Below are positions 50,633-62,482 of a DNA stretch of 64,000 bases, one piece after another. This DNA comes from Tricharina praecox (Eukaryota). The notes under the pieces were generated by a model. The model made no database searches. It saw only the letters and a list, made by a program, of their open reading frames with translations, and had not been told where the DNA came from. Where the stretch lies: positions 1,488,001 to 1,552,000 of the forward strand of contig NW_026250407.1 in assembly GCF_024521635.1 (NCBI RefSeq). The letters run 5' to 3'. A program made the position numbers and the translations under genes. Position 1 is the first letter of the stretch. Each line of letters opens with the position of its first letter.

Positions 50633-53113
50633 ACCGTAGTGAATGTGACGTGCCCAGTGGCCATTCAGCCTTGGACAGTGCTGAGTGGCCCAAAGCCATA
50701 CATGCTCCTTCAACTCTTCGAACGGTGGTGGTGGTGTTATCCCGGATGGCAGCGTCCGCATACATATCCTTTGGGTCCGATCAGGAGTCAAATCTAAAGA
50801 CTCAATACTGCATAACTTAACCTACACACCTGGTCATCGACCCCCGCCGAAGAATCGCGATTGACGGCTTGTGGTTGACATCACAAGTCTTCGGCTCCTC
50901 TGGTGACTGCTCATGAACCATCACTCGCCACATCTTTCTTTTCGTCCAGCCCACTGCCCACAGGCTTTCGCTTCCGATTCCGAGGACGAACAGGGAGGCA
51001 GGCCGGCGAACATAGGTGAACACACGGGTGGTACCGTGGTAGGGATGAGGAACTGAACTGGTTGAGCTCGCTGCTCATAGGGGGTTGGACGGGAAGGGAT
51101 GAGAACTGGACTAACGGACACCTTCATTCATTCATTTTCTCTTTTCATCCTTCGTTCTTTCTTTGTTTCTCTCTTTGTGTCGGCGGAGGAGGGTTGAGCG
51201 GGGATGGTTGGGCGTTGAGCGTGGATGGAAAGTTGGAGAGCTGAGCCCCGGGGGTTGACTCGCGGGGAGGGCTGGGCAGAGAGCAATAGGGAACTGGGAT
51301 GAATCTGAAATGCTGGAGATTCAGGCCGGACTTCTGGGATACAGTACATGGGTTTGTTTTGTTTGTTCGTTATTTTTGCTCTTGAGTGTACCTAATCATC
51401 CTGGATCTTCACGTGGTTCTTGAATCTTCCCTTGACTCTCCGCCAGGCCTTGACATGCATGAAGCCACTACCATCACTCGAACCAAGTTTCCATCAAGTC
51501 GAGGTGAGGTGACTTTTTAACTGTAACTATTGGCATGCTTCCGTCGTAAGCTTTACGGTCACCGTGTAGGAGGGCTTCGGAGGGGATGCTGACTCGCTGA
51601 GCCCATCAATTTTCTCCCAACGTCTGTCTATTTTTGATCAGCACCGGCCTTCGTAACTTCACTTCCTGGTTGCCCTGTACTCACCATCTAGGGTCCACCC
51701 AGATCTCGCCAACAACTCAGATCCAGATCCCGGTTGCGGGCGACGGTGACGGTCAAAAAGTTGCCGCTACCTACAAGCTTCATTCGAGCCATCAAGCCGG
51801 CACAGCAGCGGCGAGTGATTTCAGATACCCAGCTCCCAGTACCAAGTTACTAAACCGTTTCGGCGTCGTCCACCAGCACGACTTACCAAGCCGACCGTGA
51901 ACGACCCACCCGCAACCTCTAGCCTCCAGGTTCGATCATACCGGTAGCATTCGGATACCCGCAGATCGGGCGGTACGTTCGCTGGAAAGCCACCCCGTAG
52001 GAACGAACAAGTGGTCATCTTGACTGTCCCGGCCGACTGGCGCGCGCGTGTTCGCCGTCGTCGTCGAGGATGCAGCTGCACCAACACCACCCTCGTCCAC
52101 TGCGATGCGTGCATGCGTGCCGGTCGATAGAACGGAACACCCCACAGCGCACCTGTAGATATGCTATCGCCATCACCGCGATCGGTTAGTGGTAGCTGCA
52201 TCTGCTCTGGTTACAGGTTACTCGGTAGGTAAGTCGTGCGCCTGCTGAGCTAGCTGCGCGGCTGGGGAGATGGCTGCTTTTAAGTAAGTAATCCTAATCA
52301 AGTCAGCAAGCAAGCAAGACATCAGTTTGATCCCATCCGGAAAGCTGAATTCATTGTGGTTACACCCCGGAACGGAGCTGAGAACTTGTGATGGAGACGG
52401 GAATGACGAGGTGACCACGAGCCCAGCGGGTATGCATAGGAAGCCGATTGGTAGACGCCAGAAAGCCCTCATGTGAGAGTACTAGTGCCCGCCTTTCCCT
52501 CCGTTAAAGAACCGAGGGGTATTCCTGCTCTTGACGGCGCTGAAATTTTGGCTCCCTATCGGATACCTATCGATGGTGATAGCTGGCCTGAGAAACGGTG
52601 GCGATGTTAGCTCTTTGGGCCTCGAAGTTGACCGTGGAGTGGCCGCAGTAGGTGTCCGCTTTTTATGCCTTAGCGAATACTAATTGTAGGATGTAGCGAC
52701 CTCGTGCAGTGGCCGGCAAGTTCATGCGTAAGAGGCCGCCATCGAGCGTGGCTGGCATTGACACGTGCACGTGATGGACCTGTGATTCGAGTTGCCGAGC
52801 TCTGGGGCGAGCAGCAGCATGAGACATCACCCGCGTAGATCAAACTCAGGTAGGTAGAGCACGTGAAATCACCGCCGGCGCCATCATGTGAAGAATTACG
52901 AAGTCTTCATTCCCAGAACCGAAGCAGCCATCGCAACAAGCTTGCCTTTCTCCGCATGCCTACCACACAAGTATAGATCACATCTAAGCAACTACCGTAA
53001 TGTGCACAGGAAGGACGAAGTTTTTTACGAAATTGCGCCCCCAGGAAAAACACAGAACGAGAAATGTGACTGATGCCTTTTGAACTACCTATTCCGGCCC
53101 CAAAAGCAACCCT

Positions 53114-54272
53114 TTACTCCTTCCTCATCGAAGAAGCGCGACGCTTCTTCATTTCGGTGCGCTTGCTCTTCTCCTCGGCGACACGCTTGGCAAGAAGCTG
53201 GGTGTACTCGTTCTGCGATGGTGGGTTAGCTTAATGGTCATTGCCAGCATAGACGAAAGCGGAAACTTACGGCAGCATCCTTGGCGGCCTCAGCCCTTCT
53301 CCTCTTCAGGGCAACCCTGTGGCGCTTGTGCTGCAGACGCTGGGGGGTGACCAGTCTCTGGATCTTGGCAGCCTTGGTGTATGCCTTCTTGCCCTCACCC
53401 TTGGGCTGAACCTCACGGCGGATGACGTACTTGCGAACCTGCAGCAGCAAAATCGTCAGCTCTCGAACCACAGTAGGCGTTGATTGCGGGTCAAGCGTAC
53501 ATCATCGTCCTTGGTGAGTCCGAAGAACTTGCGGATCTTGGTGGCCCTCTTGGGACCGAGCCTCTTGGGGTGGGTGGTGTCGGTAAGACCGGCGATGTCG
53601 TTCTCACCCTGCTTGACAACGACGAGGGAGAGGACAGCCAAGTCGGAACCGACGATGCATCCACGGACGGACTTCCTCTTGCGCTCACCGGTGCGGCGAG
53701 GGCGGTAGCAGGAGGTACCCTTGGAGAGCAGGAGCTTGACACGGGTGGGCAGCAGGACACCCTGCTTCATGGGGAAACCCTGCTTGTCGTTTCCACCGGT
53801 GATCTTGAAAACGTAGCCCTTGAACTCATCACCGACGGAGTCGCCGGGAACCTCCTGACCCATACGCTTCTCGTAGAACACACGGACGCGGCGTTCATCG
53901 TCGATCTCGATGAGCTTCTGGGAGCCGTTGGCGGGGTAGCTGTGGACCGAGGAGAAAGACCGTTAGCCGGGAACTCTTTCTCGATTTTTCTTTCTGCCAA
54001 TCGCTTTCGAGCGTCGGTTGTCCCTCATCATCCAATCATCCCTCGTCATCCCGTCATCGCAAAATCCTCCTCTTCACGGTCGTAGCTCCCAATTTCCTCC
54101 AGTTCCTCCGCGTAGACCAGACGAGTACCGAGCGGATGAAGACAACGGGGCGCGAGATTTCAGAGTAGAGTGGTGGCTGAGAACTTACGCCTGCGTGACA
54201 TAATCGTTAGCCCAGCAGCTCTCGCCCACCACTTCACGCGAGCAGAAAAACACGTACGATATTCAACTTCAT
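53114..54272 (-). CDS. RPS6: 40S ribosomal protein S6 (eS6), 5 exons including a 2-nt micro-exon (54189-54190)
   Basis: [67 protein letters not shown]. Exons 54258-54272, 54189-54190, about 53501-53939, 53271-53438 and 53114-53212. Confidence 0.97.
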
Positions 54273-54447
54273 GATGGCGGCGACTTTTCGGAGGTCGTAA
54301 AACTGTCAAGTCGGTGCGCACGGGGAGGGACGGGGGGCAGGGCGGGGCCGGATTGTCGTTGGGGTCGTGCGGAATTGTCGATATTGGTGTGTGGTTGTTG
54401 GAATTGGTGTGTGGAGTTTCCCGGCGAGTGCGCTGTGCGGGTTTGCT

Positions 54448-54491
54448 GGGGACTGCGTTTTTGGCGGCTCAAGCTAGGGCAACTTGTGTGG
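54448..54491 (-). promoter_or_regulatory. Candidate ribosomal-protein promoter elements upstream of RPS6
   Basis: GGGACTG, GCGGCTCAAG (54464-54473), TAGGGC (54475-54480) and CTTGTGTGG (54483-54491) are all also present upstream of RPS16. Confidence 0.5.
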
Positions 54492-55222
54492 GCTTGGCAC
54501 ACCACCAACGACAGACAAAACTTTCACAGCATCGACAAGCACTCAGAACGCAATTCTTTTTTTTAAATTTTGGTAGAGGGGGTTGAACACTTCTACCAGC
54601 TACATGGTTGCAAAAATCAGTGGATCTCGTGCGACCGTTCTGTACTCTTTTTGTCTTTCGAGATGGTGCAGTAGGAGTGTGACGGCTGGTCCCACTTCGG
54701 GGAGGGGAACACCATGCGCATGCTCAGTTTTACTCGTAGGCAGTCTACTGGCGATGATCGATGTTTTGCCCTGAACGGGACGAACGTAACGCCGTGTCCT
54801 TTTCACCATGCGAGCAGGCTTTAAAGCTCGGCTGGCGTTGGACTCTGCTTGCCGTAGAGCGTGATCACTGGCTGACATACAGTGATGGAAATCGAAGCAT
54901 CTCTTCTCGGGTTCTACATGTGTGGATGGCGCATGTCGTCGAAGCGGAGATATAAACACAAAAGGCGTCAGGGTTGGACAGCAGTATAAAGTCACAGAGT
55001 ACAAGGCTCAGAATGTTTCACTACCGTAATATTTGAGTTATTGCAGTGTGATTTCGCATCTAACGCCCAAATCCAGACCCAGAAATGTAGAAAAAGACAC
55101 CATCTTATTTTTGCACACGGAGTTGTTTGGATTATCATTGCGGAAATACTCGTAATCCCCACATGAAAGTGTCCATCCAGTACCAAAGCCACCCCGACGC
55201 CAACCCCAGCAAAAAAACAAGA

Positions 55223-55924
55223 TTAACGGTAAGACTCTGTGTACGGATTCTGTCAGCAGCCGTCCATTGGCGAGACCGGGTATGACGAGGATAGACGTAC
55301 TCTGGTACCTGGCACGGGCACCGGGACCACCGAACTTCTTGGGTTCGCAACGGCGGTTGTCGGCAACAAGCAGGGTGCGGTCGTACTGGACGAGCAGCTG
55401 CTTGATGTGGTTCTTGGAGTGCTCATCGACGAACTTCTGGTAGTACGCGACGATGCTCTTGGCGATAGCCTGACGGATAGCGTAGACCTGCGAAGTGTGT
55501 CCTCCTCCAGTCACGCGAACGCGGATGTCGACATTCGCAAAGTTCTCGAGACCAACAATCAGGAGGGGCTCGTACACCTTGAAGCGGAGAACCTCCGGCT
55601 TCACGAGGTGCAGAGGCTGTCCGTTGACCTTGACAAGGCCCTTGCCGGCCTTGCAGTGGGCGACCGCAGTAGCTGATCAACAACTATCGTCAGCCGTCTG
55701 TTGTCCATTCCGTTCCCATCGCTTCATCCATTCCCATGTTCCCCATCCTCTCATTCCGAGCTATCCACCGTCTCCCCCATACACTATAGCATCCTCCTCT
55801 TTCGAAAATTGTAGTCCCCCCATTCTTCGAAATCGCGAAATCGGGGGAGAAAGCTTGTTGAAAACATACCAGTCTTCTTCTTGCCGAAGCACTGGACGGA
55901 TTGAACGGGGGCGTCGCCTGCCAT
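55223..55924 (-). CDS. RPS16: 40S ribosomal protein S16 (uS9), 3 exons
   Basis: [78 protein letters not shown]. Confidence 0.97.
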
Positions 55925-56228
55925 GTTGTGTACTCTCGATCGATTCGGGGTGAAGTCGTTCGGTCGGTCGGTCGAGGGGTGGCGGTAGGTGTCGGGGGGG
56001 CGTGCTGTCGTTGGAGATTTTCGGATCGGTTCGCGTCAATTGCCAGACTCTGCCGCAATTGTGGGGGGTGCGGCGTGCGAGCGCTTGTGTGTGTGGGCAT
56101 TTTTCACTTGAGCCGCATGGGACTGTGAAATAGGGCTTGTGTGGAGCTTAGCGATGAGCGACGTCATTTACCCGGCGGACTTCTGGGCTTAGTACGACCC
56201 AACACAACGACAACGACAACGACCAAAA
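55925..56228. promoter_or_regulatory. Compact divergent promoter of RPS16 and the RCC1-like gene
   Basis: 304 bp between ATGs. Contains CTTGAGCCGC (56107-56116), GGGACTG, TAGGGCTTGTGTGG (56131-56144), PAC-like GCGATGAG (56151-56158) and RRPE-like TGAAAAAT on the minus strand (about 56099-56106). Confidence 0.55.
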
Positions 56229-57272
56229 ATGCTGTTTTCGTTTGGATCGAATGGAAATGGACAGCTCGGGATCGGACACGAGGAAGATACCCATGTACCG
56301 ACGAGATGTATTTCCACGTCTGTATTCCCCGAAACGGGTCCGCCCAAGTCGCTGGTTGCGGGTGGGAATCATACACTTGTGCTCTTCCCCGGCGGACGTC
56401 TGTATTCTAGCGGACTAAATACGTACGGACAGTGTGGATTGCCTATATCGATGGGGACTTCGTTCTCTAAATTTCAGCGAGTGCCCCCTCCACCTGACGG
56501 TGGCTGTTGGGATCACGTCTCAGCTGGCTGGGAGTTCTCGATACTTGTGTCGACTACGGGTGCGATATTCGCTTGCGGTTCCGGGACCAAAGGCGAGCTT
56601 GGCCTGGGCGACAATGTCACCAGCTGCGAGCTCACACGCATGGAGCCCTTCTTGACCGGAGCTGCAATGATAGCTTTGAGCTCGGGCATGGCACACTCGA
56701 TCGCCGTCATGGACAACGGCGAGGTGTGGGGATGGGGTGCAGGCAGGAAGGGGCAGCTTGGACATCCAATGGAGAAGACTGTCGGTATACCGCGCTGCGT
56801 GCAGATGGGGTATGCAGTTGCAGCGGCAGGGTGTGGACGTGAGTTCACCTTCGTCATGAGCGCAACAGGAGCAAGGCATGCGATGCTGGGGGGCAAAGGA
56901 AGATTCAGGCTTGAGGAGGACACGCCGGAGCAGGGAGAGATGCGAGGCTGGAGGCAAGTCGGAGCTGCATGGGGGAGCGTGTTGGTGCTGAAGGCGGATG
57001 GTACGGTGAAAGGATGGGGGAGGAACGACAAGGGACAACTTCCACCCAAGGGGCTGCAGGGTGTGCAGGAGATGGCAGTGGGCAGTGAGCATGGGCTTGC
57101 CGTCGTGGGAGGGAAGGTGGTGACATGGGGCTGGGGTGAGCATGGGAACTGTGGTCTCGATCGCAGCCAGAACGGCGGCGATGTGATCGGTGGGGTTCAT
57201 GTAGTCGAGGTTCATGGAACGGCCAAGAGGGTATGGGCTGGCTGTGCTACGAGCTGGGCGTGGACTGAGTAG
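56229..57272 (+). CDS. ATS1: RCC1-repeat beta-propeller protein, Ats1/Kti13-like, intronless
   Basis: MLFSFGSNGNGQLGIGHEED start and RCC1 repeats AGGNHTL, GLNTYGQCG, VSAGWEFS, GSGTKGELGLG, WGWGAGRKGQLG, AVGSEHGL, WGWGEHGNCG, AGCATSW. Confidence 0.85.
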   Translation: MLFSFGSNGNGQLGIGHEEDTHVPTRCISTSVFPETGPPKSLVAGGNHTLVLFPGGRLYSSGLNTYGQCGLPISMGTSFSKFQRVPPPPDGGCWDHVSAGWEFSILVSTTGAIFACGSGTKGELGLGDNVTSCELTRMEPFLTGAAMIALSSGMAHSIAVMDNGEVWGWGAGRKGQLGHPMEKTVGIPRCVQMGYAVAAAGCGREFTFVMSATGARHAMLGGKGRFRLEEDTPEQGEMRGWRQVGAAWGSVLVLKADGTVKGWGRNDKGQLPPKGLQGVQEMAVGSEHGLAVVGGKVVTWGWGEHGNCGLDRSQNGGDVIGGVHVVEVHGTAKRVWAGCATSWAWTE

Positions 57273-58161
57273 AGTAGACCATCCAATGTACTGGCACCTA
57301 GGCTTTTCTAGCTGCTCTGGCATGAACTGATTGCTCTCCCTTGTGCTTTGATGTCGTTTGGCCACCGGTCGATGTCGGACATGTTTGATGGTGCACGTCG
57401 ATGAGCCTTGCATCGAGTAGGATGGGATGGAACGGGTGGAGTGAGTGTCTCAATGCATTTCGGTCGACGTGGTCAGCTTTTTCCACTCATGCACACTGTC
57501 TAAACCGCTCGCTGCTGCGGGCCTTGATGGATCAAGGCTGTTCTATCATTTCGCCGATGATGCGAAGCATGTGTAAACAGTGAGATCAGCTAGCAGGCAG
57601 ACACAAAAAAAACCTGTTTCTAATGCCGGAAGTGACGATGGTTCAGCTACACCGCATCACGGGGTTGTAAAGTAAACAAACACGATCGGTTCATCGTGTT
57701 AAAGCAGCACAGATCGGTCATGTATGAATGCATAGATCCAAGGGTACATTCGAGATTGTCCGTACCGAACAACGCTGTCGCAATCAGACCCTTCATACAT
57801 GAAGGCATGAACGCATCAAATGTATCAAAACAAAGTCAATGTCGCCTCTGCCCAATGTAGAAAATGTCGGCCAAATATTGCCGCTCGATCCACATAAATT
57901 CAGTCCTTCCGTCCCCGACTCTGTCTCTTCCTTCAACCTCACTCTTTCTTCGAAATCACCCACCATCTTCATCATCCCTTCAATTCGTTGTCGGGATACC
58001 TCTTCACATTCGTTCATCTACTTCCTCCTCTTCCGTCCGCCTTCCTTTCCCTCTTTCTCTTCAATCTCATTCCATTTCTCCTCACTCTCACTCTTGACAA
58101 TCTTTCTTCAACAATCTCCCCTCCTCTAATACCAACTCAGCTTCGCCCATACAGCGTTCCG

Positions 58162-61100
58162 ATGCTACTCAAGAGTCCAGCTCTGCTGGCAATGGCCTTT
58201 TTGGCTGTTGCCGACGGCTTCCCTCGGTATGTCCCACTTCCATCTACTATTTTATTCTTCAGCCCTATTCAGAGTAGTGGTCTCTTGCCACCCCCTCGTA
58301 CAATATTTTTTAGCTTCGTCCTTACTGTTTTCGATTCCCATTCGCATCATTTTTCATGATGCATACTCTGCTTGGCCAGTGACCGCACTACTGTCTAATA
58401 CGCTGCTGTCTTCATTTTTTTGCACTCTTGTCATCGTATCCTTTACCGAGACTGTGCTGATATTTTTATTCAGGATTAGGCCCGGCGGTGCAGGCTTTCC
58501 TAAGGTCACCACTACCGTCACCGAGACTTTCACGTCGGTTTACGTCGTAACTTGTGCTCCGACTCTTGGTGGCTACTGGGACTTCAAGCTTCCAGGCGTC
58601 AAGCCCGCGAAGAGAGACGTCAAAGACGACGATGATCCCATCTCTTGGCCTCGGTGAGTTTTTACTTGACTACTTGAGTTGAAAGCAACAATCACTTACG
58701 AGTGATAATGTAGTACTCTTACGGTCACCAAGACGAAATCCACGACGATCACCGAGTCCCTCTCTCGGAGTTGCCCTATCACGGATGGACCTACCGAGAC
58801 GCCGACTCCCACGTTGACTCCGTCCGACACCGTTGAGCCCTCCGAGACTGCTACTCCCTCCGAGACCGCGACCCCCTCCGAGACTGCTACTCCCTCCGAG
58901 ACGGTTGAGCCTTCCGCGACTGCTACTCCCTCCGAGACTGCTACTCCCTCCGAGACTGCTACTCCCTCCGAGACCGCGACCCCCTCCGAGACGGTTGAGC
59001 CTTCCGAGACTGCTACTCCCTCCGAGACTGCTACTCCCTCCGAGACGGTTGAGCCTTCCGAGACTGCTACTCCCTCCGAGACTGCTACTCCCTCCGAGAC
59101 TGCTACTCCCTCCGAGACCGCGACCCCCTCCGAGACGGTTGAGCCTTCCGAGACTGCTACTCCCTCCGAGACTGCTACTCCCTCCGAGACTGTTGAGCCT
59201 TCCGCGACTGCTACTCCCTCCGAGACTGCGACCCCTTCCGAGACGGTTGAGCCTTCCGCGACTGTGACCCCCTCCGAGACGATTGAGCCTTCCGAGACTG
59301 CTACTCCCTCCGAGACCGCGACCCCCTCCGAGACTGTTGAGCCTTCCGAGACTGCTACTCCCTCTGAGACTGTTGAGCCTTCCGAGACTGCTACTCCCTC
59401 CGAGACTGTTGAGCCTTCCGCGACTGCTACTCCCTCCGAGACGGTTGAGCCTTCCGCGACTGCGACCCCCTCCGAGACTGCTACTCCCTCCGAGACGGTT
59501 GAGCCTTCCGCGACTGCGACCCCCTCCGAGACTGCTACTCCCTCCGAGACTGCTACTCCCTCCGAGACTGCGACCCCTTCCGAGACGGTTGAGCCTTCCG
59601 CGACTGTGACCCCCTCCGAGACGGTTGAGCCTTCCGCGACTGCTACTCCCTCCGAGACTGTTGAGCCTTCCGAGACTGCTACTCCCTCCGAGACTGTTGA
59701 GCCTTCCGCGACTGCTACTCCTTCCGAGACGGTTGAGCCTTCCGAGACTGCTACTCCCTCCGAGACGGTTGAGCCTTCCGAGACTGCTACTCCCTCCGCG
59801 ACTGTGACCCCCTCCGAGACGATTGAGCCTTCCGAGACGGCTACTCCCTCCGAGACCGCGACCCCCTCCGAGACTGTTGAGCCTTCCGAGACTGCTACTC
59901 CCTCTGAGACTGTTGAGCCTTCCGAGACTGCTACTCCCTCCGAGACTGTTGAGCCTTCCGAGACTGCTACTCCCTCCGAGACTGTTGAGCCTTCCGAGAC
60001 TGCTACTCCCTCCAAGACTGTTGAGCCTTCCGCGACTGTGACCCCCTCCGAGACGATTGAGCCTTCCGCGACTGCTACTCCCTCCGAGACTGCGACCCCC
60101 TCCGAGACTGCTACTCCCTCCGAGACTGCGACCCCCTCCGAGACTGTTGAGCCTTCCGAGACTGCGACCCCCTCCGAGACTGCTACTCCCTCCGAGACTG
60201 CGACCCCCTCCGAGACGGTTGAGCCTTCCGCGACTGCTACTCCCTCCGAGACTGTTGAGCCTTCCGAGACTGCTACTCCCTCCGAGACTGTTGAGCCTTC
60301 CGAGACTGCTACTCCCTCCGAGACGGTTGAGCCTTCCGAGACTGCTACTCCCTCCGAGACGGTTGAGCCTTCCGAGACTGCGACCCCCTCCGAGACGGTT
60401 GAGCCTTCCGCGACTGTGACCCCCTCCGAGACGATTGAGCCTTCCGCGACTGCTACTCCCTCCGAGACTGCGACCCCCTCCGAGACTGTTGAGCCTTCCG
60501 CGACTGCAACTCCCTCCGAGACTGCTACTCCCTCCGAGACCGCGACCCCCTCCGAGACTGCGACCCCTTCCGAGACGGTTGAGCCTTCCGCGACTGTGGC
60601 CCCCTCCGAGACGGTTGAGCCTTCCGCGACTGCTACTCCCTCCGAGACTGTTGAGCCTTCCGAGACTGCTACTCCCTCCGAGACTGCTACTCCCTCCGAG
60701 ACGGTTGAGCCTTCCGAGACTGCGACCCCCTCCGAGACGGTTGAGCCTTCCGCGACTGTGACCCCCTCCGAGACGATTGAGCCTTCCGCGACTGCTACTC
60801 CCTCCGAGACTGCGACCCCCTCCGAGACTGTTGAGCCTTCCGCGACTGCAACTCCCTCCGAGACTGCTACTCCCTCTGAGACTGCTACTCCCTCTGAGAC
60901 TGCGACCCCTTCCGAGACGGTTGAGCCTTCCGCGACTGTGAGTCCCTCCGAGACTGTTGAGCCTTCCGCGACTGCTACTCCCTCCGAGACTGCGACCCCC
61001 TCCGAGACGGTTGAGCCTTCCGCGACTGCTACTCCCTCCGAGACTGCGACCCCCTCCGAGACGGTTGAGCCTTCCGCGACTGCTACTCCCTCCGAGACTG

Positions 61101-62482
61101 TTGAGCCTTCCGAGACTGCTACTCCCTCCGAGACGGTTGAGCCTTCCGAGACTGCTACTCCCTCCGAGACTGCGACCCCCTCCGAGACGGTTGAGCCTTC
61201 CGCGACCGCGACCCCCTCCGAGACTGTTGAGCCTTCCGAGACTGCTACTCCCTCCGAGACTGCTACTCCCTCCGAGACTGCGACCCCCTCCGAGACTGTT
61301 GAGCCTTCCGCGACTGCTACTCCCTCCGAGACTGCTACTCCCTCCGAGACTGCTACTCCCTCCGAGACTGTTGAGCCTTCCGCGACTGCTACTCTCTCAG
61401 AGACTGTTGAGCCTTCCGTGACTGCTACTCCCTCCGACACGGTTGAGCTTTCCGCGACTGCGACCCCCTCCGAGACTGTTATGCCTTCCGCGACTGCGTC
61501 CCCCTCCGCGACTGCTACTCCCTCCGAGACGGTTCAGCCTTCTGAGACCGCAACCCCATCCGAGACTGCGACCCCCTCCGAGACCTCTACTCCTTCTGAA
61601 ACTTCGTCTGAAACTGAAGGACCTTCTGTGACCCCTTCTCCCACAGCTACACAATCCGTCATTTCCACCCTCACGGACATTCCCACTTCCACAGAAAATG
61701 TTTCTTCGACTGACACGCCGTCTTCCACGGAGACTGGTATCCCCACAGAGACTCCTTCTCCAGAGTGCCCGTTTGGATACAAGCCTGATGTTCTGATTGT
61801 AAGTTCTCGCCCACCTTGCAGCGATGATGTGTTATTGACTTGTTTAGTTCGATGACTTCGCCACCACCGAGGAGCCAGTGATTTCTCCCCCCACCCCGTT
61901 CGAGTACAAGAACTTCACCTTCGACGACGGATGGTTGGTTTCCAGCTGCTATCGCTCTAACACATGGCTAATGACTTTACTCGCAGGCAACTCCTAAACT
62001 GCAACCAGTTGGACTACTATCTGGACCAGACTTGCAGCCAGGATACTATCGAGGGTGCTCAGTATCTCTCTCTTCATTCTCGCATCAGCAGCAACAAGCC
62101 AACTTTCCGTCGCATCACGTTTGACATCGAGGGAGACACCACTTCATTTGTTCTCAAGTCGTTCAAGGTTTCCACCAAGCCTATCGGCAGTATCTCCAAC
62201 AACGACTATGCTGGCATTGTCTACTGCGCCTGGACCGTCGAGGACCAGTACTACGTTGGATATCCGAGCGTCTGCGGTGACATCAATCTCAGCGGCCCTC
62301 AACCGTTCCAGCAACTGGTGGAACTCAATTGGAGCAATGTCGCATACGTCGCTTTTGCCGGTGTTCAGAACTACAAGAAGCCTCCGACCTACAAGGAAGT
62401 TGCGAGCGCCTCCAAGGGTGCTAAGCCCGTCGAGTTCCAGATTGACGACATTCGTGTTTGCGTCCCGGATGATGATGTTTAG
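58162..62482 (+). CDS. Large secreted mucin-like Ser/Thr/Pro/Glu-rich repeat protein with a C-terminal globular domain, 5 exons
   Basis: Signal peptide MLLKSPALLAMAFLAVADG. Introns at about 58227-58478, 58654-58713, 61799-61847 and 61934-61987 join the frames consistently. About 920 aa of hexapeptide repeats, then a Cys-containing domain of about 200 aa (FDD..PFEYKNFTF..W..IDDIRVC). No GPI signal or TM helix is visible. Confidence 0.85.
58820..61590 (+). repeat. Coding minisatellite with an 18-bp unit (about 150 copies) encoding PSETAT/PSETVE/PSATAT/PSATVT/PSETIE
   Basis: Units such as CCCTCCGAGACTGCTACT, CCCTCCGAGACGGTTGAG and CCTTCCGCGACTGCTACT. The frame is never broken. Confidence 0.97.

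Noticed and set aside
58696..61440. 914-aa minus-strand ORF (SEGVAV repeats) and the +1-frame PPRLLL ORFs
   Set aside because: These are shadows of the stop-free 18-bp coding repeat. The plus-strand PSET frame has the signal peptide and consistent splice sites.
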